Program-made: the position numbers and the translations under genes
DNA from: an uncultured bacterium
Lineage (GTDB): Bacteria; Chloroflexota; UBA5177; JANWHV01
Assembly: GCA_963827235.1 (NCBI GenBank)
Contig: CAWHAE010000012.1
Location: 1,280,001 to 1,344,000 of the forward strand
Direction: 5' to 3'
Length of the DNA stretch: 64,000 bases
Notes under the pieces: model-generated
Seen by the model: only the letters and a program-made list of their open reading frames with translations
Told to the model about the DNA's origin: nothing
Databases searched by the model: none
Part shown: positions 56,653 to 64,000 of the stretch, one piece after another
How the letters are laid out: each line of letters opens with the position of its first letter
How positions within the stretch are numbered: the first letter of the stretch is position 1

Positions 56653-56868
56653 ATGGACTCCTTGACCACTTCGCTCGCGGCGGCGTCGATCGGCAACGCC
56701 ACAGCCGGCCTTCAGCAGTCGGCAGGAATCAGCATGCTCAAGAAGGCCGAGGACAACCAGGCGGCGACCATGGCGCGCATCCTGAGCAGCGTCCCGGCGC
56801 CCGCAGCGGCACCTGCCCAGGCACCGTCTCCTCCGGGTGTCGGCAGCCAGGTCGACGTCAACGCCTGA
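56653..56868 (+). CDS. yjfB: YjfB family putative motility protein
   Basis: LQQSAGISMLKKAEDNQ...ILSS...PGVGSQVDVNA matches the YjfB pattern. Confidence 0.8.
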   Translation: MDSLTTSLAAASIGNATAGLQQSAGISMLKKAEDNQAATMARILSSVPAPAAAPAQAPSPPGVGSQVDVNA

Positions 56869-56875
56869 AGGAGCG

Positions 56876-57163
56876 CTACGCGCCGTCGACCAGGATGAAC
56901 TGGCCAGTCGCGGCGCGGCGGCGAATGAGCTTGGCGGCCTCATACTCGGGTGAGTTCCACCACAGCAGAGCCTTGTCGCGCGTCTCGAACTCGAGCACCA
57001 CCACGCGGCTCGCCTCGATGGACCCCTCCAGAACGGCCATCTGGCCGCCGCGCACCACGAACCGCCCACCATACTTCTCGGCCGCCAGGCTCGAGGCCTT
57101 GACGTACTCTGCATAGGTGTCCGGGTCGTGCACGCGAATCGTGGCAATGATATAGGAAGCCAT
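56876..57163 (-). CDS. DUF1330 family protein
   Basis: YGGRFVVRGG, VVLEFE, WWNSPEYEAAK..RR. Confidence 0.92.
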   Translation of the reverse strand: MASYIIATIRVHDPDTYAEYVKASSLAAEKYGGRFVVRGGQMAVLEGSIEASRVVVLEFETRDKALLWWNSPEYEAAKLIRRRAATGQFILVDGA

Positions 57164-57246
57164 GCTCTCCTCCACTGCCGCCACGAGTGCATGGCGCACC
57201 TGCCGGCAGAACGCCACTACCGTGTGCCTCCTAGGCCAGCGGACGC

Positions 57247-57564
57247 TCAGCGCAGGTTCAGCGGGTTTCCGTAGCGGCGAATGGCAAAGGCGACGGCCGC
57301 GACGCCGACGGCAAAGAACACCACCCCGCGAAGCGCCCTGGGTGCAAACTGCAGCGTGACGGCATGCACCCAGTCAACCGCCCAGGATGGGAACCGGAAG
57401 TCGCGATAGAGGGCAACCAGCAGGTAGTCGACGCCCATCACACCGACGATGAGCCCGACCACGAGCAAGACGACCCAGCGCCTGGCATGACTGCCCGGCA
57501 CGAACCTGGCTGGCGTTCCCACGCGACGCTCCTGCAAACGGCGAAAACCAGTCGACCGCCGCAT
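57247..57564 (-). CDS. Small membrane protein resembling the N-terminal membrane extension of long-form YvcK/GlmR
   Basis: FVPGSHARRWVVLL...YR...TLQFAPRALRGVVF resembles, from recall, the PG..KRW...LRFLPR..R segment of long YvcK proteins; no catalytic domain follows. Confidence 0.5.
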   Translation of the reverse strand: MRRSTGFRRLQERRVGTPARFVPGSHARRWVVLLVVGLIVGVMGVDYLLVALYRDFRFPSWAVDWVHAVTLQFAPRALRGVVFFAVGVAAVAFAIRRYGNPLNLR

Positions 57565-58013
57565 CCTCCGCAATCCGCAGTCTACCCCACCAGTTTGACA
57601 CGTTCGACGTCTCGGCGCCAGCCGTGCCGAAGCTGAAGTCCGCGATCCAGCGCTTCGGTCCGCCGATCCTGGGACCGCGGCCGTCTCGGCAGCCACCGGA
57701 CGCGCACGGCATCGCTTCCATCGTCGCCGGGCAACAAAGCGCTGCGTCACGATCTCCAGCCGTGCCGTCGAGTGCACTCTCACAGCCTGTACCCGCAGCC
57801 AAAGGGCACGGGCGCCGAGCGCCACGACGGACTCGCTGTTACCGCAGTATACGCCGAACCTGCAACCCGTGCAGCACGCGCTCCTGCCGAAGGCTGGATC
57901 TCACCAGGCGAGTGAGCAAGTGCCCGGCCCGGTTTCAGGCGGACGAACCCGATTCGTCTCCCTACCCAGAGGCACGGGGACCTGCCATGCTTCCGGCAGC
58001 GCGCCTCTCGCGC

Positions 58014-59408
58014 TCAGAGCACCTGAAGGAACACCACCGCACCCGAGGTAGGTGCACCGGTATTCACGTCGATGCGGGAAACGGTGCGGAACAGCACCAG
58101 GGTCGAATGCTTCCCGGACTGCATGAGCGCCACCGGGGCACTGGTCTGCGAGGTTCCGATGCCGGTGCGAGGCGTGATCGCCGTCTGCGAGAGAACCTTC
58201 CCCCTGGTCGACAACAGGGTGATTCCGGTTTGGCCCGCCATCTCCACGGTCCCCGTCGCCTCGTTCACCGCCATGGCCAGAACATAGTCGGAGTACACGT
58301 TGAAGCACGACGAGAAGTGATCCTGATAGATCACGCCGCGCGTGCCGTTGGACTGTATCGCGGCGTCCACCGAGCAGTAGTTGCCGGCGACCCAGCGGAG
58401 GTAGCCCACGTTGCGCGTGGTATCCACCACGAAGCCCGTCGCATCGCCCAGCCCCGTCGCGGTCGTGTAGCTCATCTGGATCTGCTTGTTCAGCTTGCCC
58501 GTGCCGGCATTGAAGATGGTGATCAGCCCGCCGGGTGCGGCATACCAGATCTGTTGCCTGCGGGCGCTGTAGGTCACCGAAAAGGCTCGCAGGCGATACG
58601 GAAAACCGCGATACCAGGTGCGGTGCGCGGTACGGGTATCCAAGGCGACAAAGCGGCTCGAGCCCGGCGCCGGCGTGGCCATCTGCAAGGCCACGATCGC
58701 GCGGTGTGCCTGTGCGTCCATGAACAGGTCGTTCGGGACGCCCTCCAGGCTCGCCAGGTGCAGGGACTGCGAGACCGGGTCGACCACGAGGAGGTCGTTG
58801 GTGGCGTCGTTCTGCGACGTGGCCAGCACGACCCGATTCGCGGCGGAGTCGATGGCAATGCCCGAGACGGTGATCGGGCCGCCCTCGAACACCAGTACCT
58901 TGTTCACCACACGGCCCGTGCGGAGGTTCACCACCCAGAGCTCGAGATGATAGGAGGTGTACGGGTCGCTCGGACTGAGCGCTACCGCGGTATCCACTGC
59001 CACGTAGGCCAGCCAACGGTCCTCGTCGATGGTCACGCCACCTATCGAGCCGGTGGTCGTGACGCGCGAGAGCACGTTGTAGGACCTGGTGTCGATAACG
59101 GCGAAGATGTTCGAGACCGGGTTGATCTGTCGCGTGGCAGTCAGATCGACACCCGCTTCGATTAGGCGCTGGTCCTTGACGTTGGAAGCCAGGAGCGTGC
59201 CGGAAATCGAGGTGATCACCGTGTGCGGGCGCAGTACGGCCGTGCTTTGCGTCGCCGCCGCGGAGGGCGCCGCGCGCGCGACCAAGAACGTGCCCGGGCT
59301 GGGCCACGATGCGGCTCCCGCGCCGGCAATCGGCCCGGCGCTCGCCGCCAGAGAGATCAGGCTGCAGGCTGCAACACCGGCCAGGCCGGCCAGGCGCCTA
59401 TTCCTCAT
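58014..59408 (-). CDS. Exported beta-propeller (YncE-like) protein
   Basis: GGAGG RBS, signal peptide, repeated IDE/IDS/VDT/VNE blade motifs. Confidence 0.7.
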   Translation of the reverse strand: MRNRRLAGLAGVAACSLISLAASAGPIAGAGAASWPSPGTFLVARAAPSAAATQSTAVLRPHTVITSISGTLLASNVKDQRLIEAGVDLTATRQINPVSNIFAVIDTRSYNVLSRVTTTGSIGGVTIDEDRWLAYVAVDTAVALSPSDPYTSYHLELWVVNLRTGRVVNKVLVFEGGPITVSGIAIDSAANRVVLATSQNDATNDLLVVDPVSQSLHLASLEGVPNDLFMDAQAHRAIVALQMATPAPGSSRFVALDTRTAHRTWYRGFPYRLRAFSVTYSARRQQIWYAAPGGLITIFNAGTGKLNKQIQMSYTTATGLGDATGFVVDTTRNVGYLRWVAGNYCSVDAAIQSNGTRGVIYQDHFSSCFNVYSDYVLAMAVNEATGTVEMAGQTGITLLSTRGKVLSQTAITPRTGIGTSQTSAPVALMQSGKHSTLVLFRTVSRIDVNTGAPTSGAVVFLQVL

Positions 59409-59554
59409 CCGTCGGGACCTCCTCTCTGAGACAGTGTATCCGTGTGACCTCGCCCTGCCCCAAGCCGATCATCTGCCGCACTGCCCACCCGGCTCGGTCG
59501 GCTGTCCACGCCGCGATCGTCACGCTCGCCGGCGCGACCTGCCCGATGGCGGAG

Positions 59555-62008
59555 TCACGAGGCGCGACGCACGGCCTTGCGCGGTGGCTTTGGACCTTCC
59601 ACGGCTCGCAACCCGCGGACCGCCTCGCCCCCAGTCTCCGAGGCGTCGCCGGTGAGCTGCAAAGCCGCCGTCAGAGCGCGCGCGGCAGCTTGCAGATCTT
59701 CTGCCGTCGCCACCGCCATGGTCTCCTGCCCGGAGGCCCGCTCTACCTCGAGCGCACGGGCATCTTCGACGGCTGCCGTGGTAGCCTCCCCAGCCGCGGC
59801 CAGATCGCCCATCACGTGGCGCGCCGACTCGATTGCTTTATGTACACTACAGTCCGCCTGCGCGTACAGGGCGGCCGCTTGCGGGGCTCTGCCGAAGCCG
59901 GCGTCCGCGGCCTGCGTGCGATCGATGAGCCGATCCATGGCCCCGCGGGCCACGGCAGCCCTGCCGGTTACCTCCGCCGTTGCCGCCACCACAACGTCCA
60001 CCGTCTCGCGAGCACGAGCGCCGAGCGCGCTGCTCTGAGCTACCGTGGCGCTGCCTGCCTGCATCGCCGCCGCCACATCTGCCGTTCGCTCCTGGATGGC
60101 GCGGACGCGAGAGGCGATCTCGCGCGTCTCTTTTCCCGTACGCGTCGCCAGGCCGCGCACTTCCGTAGCTACGATCGCGAAGCCCTTTCCGCGCTCGCCT
60201 GCGTGTGCCGCCTCGATGGCAGCGTTGAGGGCCAGCAGATTGGTCTGCTCCGCGATCTCGTCGATTGCCTCGACGATGGCGCCGATCTCGCGCGAATGCT
60301 CGCCCAGAGAGGCAACCGCGCCGGCGCCTGCCAGAACTGCCGCGCGCGCTTGCTCGATGCTCTGCGCCGTCTCCGATACGGCGGCGGCACTACCTCTGGC
60401 CACCGCCGCGGCATGGCCGGCGGCATCCGCTACTGCCGAGACATCAATACTTGTCGCAGGCAGCGATCGCCGCAGCTGCGCCTCATCCTCCTCGGCCCGC
60501 GCGAGCATCCTGGCCTGACCGCGCAGGGCTTCCAGCAGCTCGGAGGCTGTCCTGTCCAGAGTCTGAAGGTATCCGGCTGCCAGGCCGGATTGCCGCCGGT
60601 GTTCGCGGCAGGTCTCGGCGGCGTGATCGAGCATCCGGGCAAGTCTGGCTCCCGTGGTCTGCAGCCCGCGCGCCGCGTCCGCGGCGCGGCCGGCGCCCGC
60701 GTCCAGGCGAAGCGCGGTGGCTGCAACCTCCTCGAATCCGGCCTGCCTGCTCTCCCGCAGAGTCCGCAACGCCTGCTCGACCGGGCCTTGGCCGGACTCC
60801 GGCATGCCGGCCGTCCAGTTGCCTTCCGCCATGGCCAGAATGGTGCGGGCAACGTCGCGCTGATAGAGCGCGATGCTCCGCAGCGCGTCGGCCAGGGCAC
60901 CGAGCTCGCCGCTCGAAGGCGTGGGATTAGCCGCTGTCTCGCCGCCCAGGAGCGCGGTGGCGTATGCCGCCAGGCTGCGGAGCGGGCGCACGATGCCGCC
61001 CATGAGCCAGTAGGTCAGGACAATGGTAACCAGGAATGCCGCCAGAGACGCGATCACGGCCTGCGTGCGCAGCCGGTCGAGCGGCGCCTCGATCAGTGCC
61101 CGCGGCACAACGTAGTCCAAGGTCCAGCCTGCCACGGGCACCACCGCCTGAAAAGCCAGGGCCGGCGACCCGTCGGCGCTACGCAGGTCCAGGACCCGGC
61201 CCGCATGGACGCCAGACAATACGGCGAAACGCCCGCCGGCCACGGCGTCCAACGTCGCCGTGCGCGTGCCAGCGCCGGCAAGCTGTCCGGAATCCGTGTA
61301 GCTCACCAGGTTGCCCCGGCCGGTGACCAGGAGTGCAGTGCTCCCGTCACGCGAACCGGCCGTGAAGTGTAGTGCGCTGACGATGCCGGCCATGCCGCTC
61401 ACCGGCGTATCGCTCCCGGCGACCCCGAAGTCGACGTTGCCGGGCCTGATGATCGGTGCCGTCACGCTGACCAGGTACGTGCCGGCAGCTGCGTCGAAGA
61501 ACGGCTCGCCGACATACGCCTTGTGTTCGTGCTCGGAGACCCAGTACCTGAGGTCGTCCGATCCGTGGAACTCGCGTGCCATGTATACGGCGTTTGGCCA
61601 TTGCTTGCGGTCGTACCACACCTGCGAGTGCGTGTCCTGGTAGCGCACGAACTCCAGGAGCGCGTACTCACTGTATGCCTCGTCGGCTGGAGTCGCGTGC
61701 AGCAGATCACGGAAGTAGGCATAGAGCTGGCGCGACGACAGGTTGTCGATCGAGGCGACGAACGAGGCCATCTGGGCCGAGCGCGCCTGCACGCGGCGCA
61801 GAAAGCCGTCGATCTGCAGGGCCGCGGCGTTCGCCTGCGCCTGGGCAGTCTGGCGGGCCTGTGCCCTCACGTCTGCCGCCCTCAGATCGTAGCCGACCCA
61901 GGAGCAGGCGGCCACGATGCAGAGCACGGCCGCGCCGAGGCAGGCCGTCATCTTGATACGCAATCCGCCTCGAACCATCCAGCCCTTCGCCGCCGGGAGC
62001 CATGCCAT
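59555..62008 (-). CDS. Methyl-accepting chemotaxis protein (dCache-HAMP-MCP)
   Basis: Two TMs, YVGEPFFD...VSVTAPI Cache motif, HAMP (IVRPL...GELGALA), [28 protein letters not shown]. Confidence 0.92.
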   Translation of the reverse strand: MAWLPAAKGWMVRGGLRIKMTACLGAAVLCIVAACSWVGYDLRAADVRAQARQTAQAQANAAALQIDGFLRRVQARSAQMASFVASIDNLSSRQLYAYFRDLLHATPADEAYSEYALLEFVRYQDTHSQVWYDRKQWPNAVYMAREFHGSDDLRYWVSEHEHKAYVGEPFFDAAAGTYLVSVTAPIIRPGNVDFGVAGSDTPVSGMAGIVSALHFTAGSRDGSTALLVTGRGNLVSYTDSGQLAGAGTRTATLDAVAGGRFAVLSGVHAGRVLDLRSADGSPALAFQAVVPVAGWTLDYVVPRALIEAPLDRLRTQAVIASLAAFLVTIVLTYWLMGGIVRPLRSLAAYATALLGGETAANPTPSSGELGALADALRSIALYQRDVARTILAMAEGNWTAGMPESGQGPVEQALRTLRESRQAGFEEVAATALRLDAGAGRAADAARGLQTTGARLARMLDHAAETCREHRRQSGLAAGYLQTLDRTASELLEALRGQARMLARAEEDEAQLRRSLPATSIDVSAVADAAGHAAAVARGSAAAVSETAQSIEQARAAVLAGAGAVASLGEHSREIGAIVEAIDEIAEQTNLLALNAAIEAAHAGERGKGFAIVATEVRGLATRTGKETREIASRVRAIQERTADVAAAMQAGSATVAQSSALGARARETVDVVVAATAEVTGRAAVARGAMDRLIDRTQAADAGFGRAPQAAALYAQADCSVHKAIESARHVMGDLAAAGEATTAAVEDARALEVERASGQETMAVATAEDLQAAARALTAALQLTGDASETGGEAVRGLRAVEGPKPPRKAVRRAS

Positions 62009-62229
62009 AGTGCCAGTACCCCTTCTAGTAGTGGGATAGCCGCGCAAGGCCGCCGGGACCAAGCGCCGTCCAGCTCAAACAGGGCGGCAGGAAGGATTAT
62101 TGACCGCGGCAGCAGAATGACCCGATCGACGCGCGAAGAGGCCGCGACGGCGGAAGGACCCGCCGGGGCGGTAAGAAAGCAGGAGTGCCCGGGCAGGAGC
62201 GCGGGTGAGGGAGCGGGTAGTGCCGCCGG

Positions 62230-62802
62230 CTACGGCCGGGGTACCCGCAGACCGTCGAGCACTACCGCGAGATAGGGCTGCCAGTCCACGTGAAGCTCCT
62301 GGCTGGCTTTCACGGCCCCGGACAGACTGCGCAGCAACACGGGCATTGTATCGACGGGCACGTCGGGACGGGCGACTCCCGCTTCCTGGGCGCGCCGGAA
62401 AAGCTCGTGCAGTGCCTCGTGGAGGCGTCCCGACAGCGGCGGCTTTGGCCGCTCCGCGGTCGAGGCCATCAGAATATCGCAAGCGGCGCGGTGCTCGTCC
62501 TTGATTGTGAAGATGCCGTGCAGCAACATGGTGAAGCCCCGCCAGGGATCTTCGTCCGCCAGGGCCTGCTCCAGCTGCTCCTCGAGGTGCCGCCAGTAGT
62601 CGTCCAGGAGCGCCTGCACGAGCGCCTCCTTGGTAGGGAAGTGGCGGTACACCGTCCCCTTGCCCACGCCGGCCCGCGCGGCCACGTCGGGAATCAGGGC
62701 ATCGAGGCCGTGCTCGGCGAACTCAATCCGCGCCGCCGCCAGGACGCGCGCGCGGTTCGCCACGGCATCGGAGCGCTCCTTGCGATGGTGATCGCCGCCC
62801 AT
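62230..62802 (-). CDS. TetR/AcrR family regulator
   Basis: RSDAVANRARVLAAA...VAARAGVGKGTVYRHFPTKEAL. Confidence 0.94.
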   Translation of the reverse strand: MGGDHHRKERSDAVANRARVLAAARIEFAEHGLDALIPDVAARAGVGKGTVYRHFPTKEALVQALLDDYWRHLEEQLEQALADEDPWRGFTMLLHGIFTIKDEHRAACDILMASTAERPKPPLSGRLHEALHELFRRAQEAGVARPDVPVDTMPVLLRSLSGAVKASQELHVDWQPYLAVVLDGLRVPRP

Positions 62803-62816
62803 CACCAAAAGATCGC

Positions 62817-62846
62817 TTGACAAACGGACCTCCGAGTCCGCATAAT
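62817..62846 (+). promoter_or_regulatory. Sigma70-type promoter for the MFS gene
   Basis: TTGACA-N18-CATAAT with operator 1 filling the spacer. Confidence 0.7.
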
Positions 62847-62892
62847 AAAAGCGGACTACGAAGTCCGGAAAACTACCGGACTCTCTAGTCCG
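62825..62892. promoter_or_regulatory. Three TetR operators CGGAC-N6-GTCCG
   Basis: Palindromes at 62825-62840, 62852-62867 and 62877-62892. Confidence 0.8.
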
Positions 62893-62921
62893 ATTATACG
62901 CCTCTAGCGCCACCGGGACAA
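62893..62921 (-). promoter_or_regulatory. Sigma70-type promoter for tetR
   Basis: Minus strand TTGTCC-N17-TATAAT abutting operator 3. Confidence 0.7.
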
Positions 62922-63035
62922 GCGCACTCGGCGAGCCTGGCCGTCGGTGGTCGCGGCAAGCTCTCGGCATCCCAAGGGGCGAAGAGCTCACAGCAGACGT
63001 CCAGCTAGGAAGTCACCTCTAGGAAGGCCCACATC

Positions 63036-64000
63036 TTGGTTGCAGAACAACGCCTCCTCCCCGTTGAAGACACGGGTTCTCAGTCTGAGCCGGTGACCCA
63101 CGAGCGAGCACGCTGGATAGCGGTGGTCGTGCTCTGCCTGGGCCAGCTCATGCTCACGCTCGACGCCACCGTGGCAAACGTAGCCCTGCCGGCCATCCAG
63201 CGGGATCTCGCCTTCTCGCAGTCCTCGCTCTCCTGGGTGGTCAACGGCTACCTGATCACCTTCGGCGGTCTCTTGTTGCTGGCCGGCCGGCTGGGCGACC
63301 TGCTGGGCAGGCGCAGAGTCTTTCTCGCCGGGCTGGCTCTCTTCACACTCGCCTCGCTGCTCTGTGGTCTGTCCGCATCGCAGGAGCTACTGGTCGCCGC
63401 TCGGTGCCTGCAGGGCGTCGCCGCCGCCTGCGCCTCCTCCATGGTGCTCGGCATCCTCGTCACCCTGTTCGACGATCCGCAGGACACGGCCAGGGCAGTG
63501 GGCATCTACACGTTCGTCGCAGTCAGCGGCGGCTCCATAGGCCTCCTGGCCGGCGGTGCCTTGACCCAGGCGCTGAGCTGGCACTGGATATTCTTCATCA
63601 ACCTGCCGGTAGGCGTCGTCGCCCTGGTGCTCGGGGCACTGCTCATACCCGACCACGACGGTGCCGGACTTGACGGAGGCGTCGACGTGCTGGGCGCCGT
63701 GCTGGTGACCATCGTGCCCGCGCTCGCCGTCTACACCATCGTCCAGGCCAGCAGCAGCGGCTGGGGCTCCGGCCGGACCATCGCGCTCGCTATCGCCACG
63801 CTCGTGCTGCTCCTCGTCTTCGTGCTCGTCGAGACGCGCGTCGCGCAGCCCCTGGTGCCGCTACGCATCTTCCGGCTGCGGAACGCGGCGGGTGCGAACG
63901 CAATCCGGGCGCTCTTTGCCTGCGGCATGTACGGCACGTTCTTCGTGGGCGCGCTCTACATGCAGCACGTGCTCAACTACGGTGCCTTCGAGACCGGTGC
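63036..64000 (+). CDS. DHA2 (EmrB/QacA) MFS efflux transporter, truncated at the right edge
   Basis: Not in the ORF track. TTG after AGGAAGG; RWIAVVVLCLGQLMLTLDATVANVALPAIQRDL, GRLGDLLGRRR, WHWIFFINLPVG. Confidence 0.93.
   Translation, partial: MVAEQRLLPVEDTGSQSEPVTHERARWIAVVVLCLGQLMLTLDATVANVALPAIQRDLAFSQSSLSWVVNGYLITFGGLLLLAGRLGDLLGRRRVFLAGLALFTLASLLCGLSASQELLVAARCLQGVAAACASSMVLGILVTLFDDPQDTARAVGIYTFVAVSGGSIGLLAGGALTQALSWHWIFFINLPVGVVALVLGALLIPDHDGAGLDGGVDVLGAVLVTIVPALAVYTIVQASSSGWGSGRTIALAIATLVLLLVFVLVETRVAQPLVPLRIFRLRNAAGANAIRALFACGMYGTFFVGALYMQHVLNYGAFETG

Noticed and set aside
59309-61372. 687-aa plus-strand ORF
   Set aside because: Antisense shadow of the MCP; Arg-rich and motif-free.
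1-64000. CRISPR array, prophage, IS element or known anti-phage system
   Set aside because: No regularly spaced repeats, transposase, integrase or phage genes seen; the ATPase-TPR protein has an XRE HTH and matches common transcription regulators rather than Avs-type defence.

Overview
High-GC bacterial chromosomal segment with about 50 densely packed genes. I saw no rRNA, tRNA, CRISPR array, integrase or transposase. The gene repertoire (XRE-ATPase-TPR regulator, YncE propellers, zinc-ribbon kinase, long-form YvcK-like membrane segment) suggests a motile soil Terrabacteria member, probably Chloroflexota; this is inference only. Main blocks: (1) GH36 alpha-galactosidase plus a sugar-binding protein at the left edge; (2) a cell-envelope region at 7.9-24.3 kb with five GT-C-type membrane glycosyltransferase/ligase genes and a Pro/Thr-rich exported protein; (3) unusual exported or signalling proteins at 26-38 kb, including an uncharacterised GH-like enzyme, a protein of four Cys-paired NPCBM-like repeats, a membrane pseudokinase and an SH3-glycosidase; (4) a 1.3-kb gene-free gap holding a perfect 30-bp palindrome and related copies; (5) the best candidate system, at 40.9-51.9 kb: a GntR-controlled divergent peptidoglycan-sugar (MurNAc) scavenging locus with an ABC importer, a BadF/MurK-type kinase, a GlmA-like tandem GNAT, a PIG-L enzyme with a non-canonical motif, an in-frame NamZ-MurQ fusion, and a flanking GlcD-type oxidoreductase that could consume the D-lactate by-product; both promoters and two identical operators are readable; (6) ALDH16-like enzyme, sigma28-driven yjfB, chemoreceptor and a TetR/MFS pair with three operators at the right edge. 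All family assignments come from motif recognition by eye, not database searches. Start codons are best guesses from RBS context.
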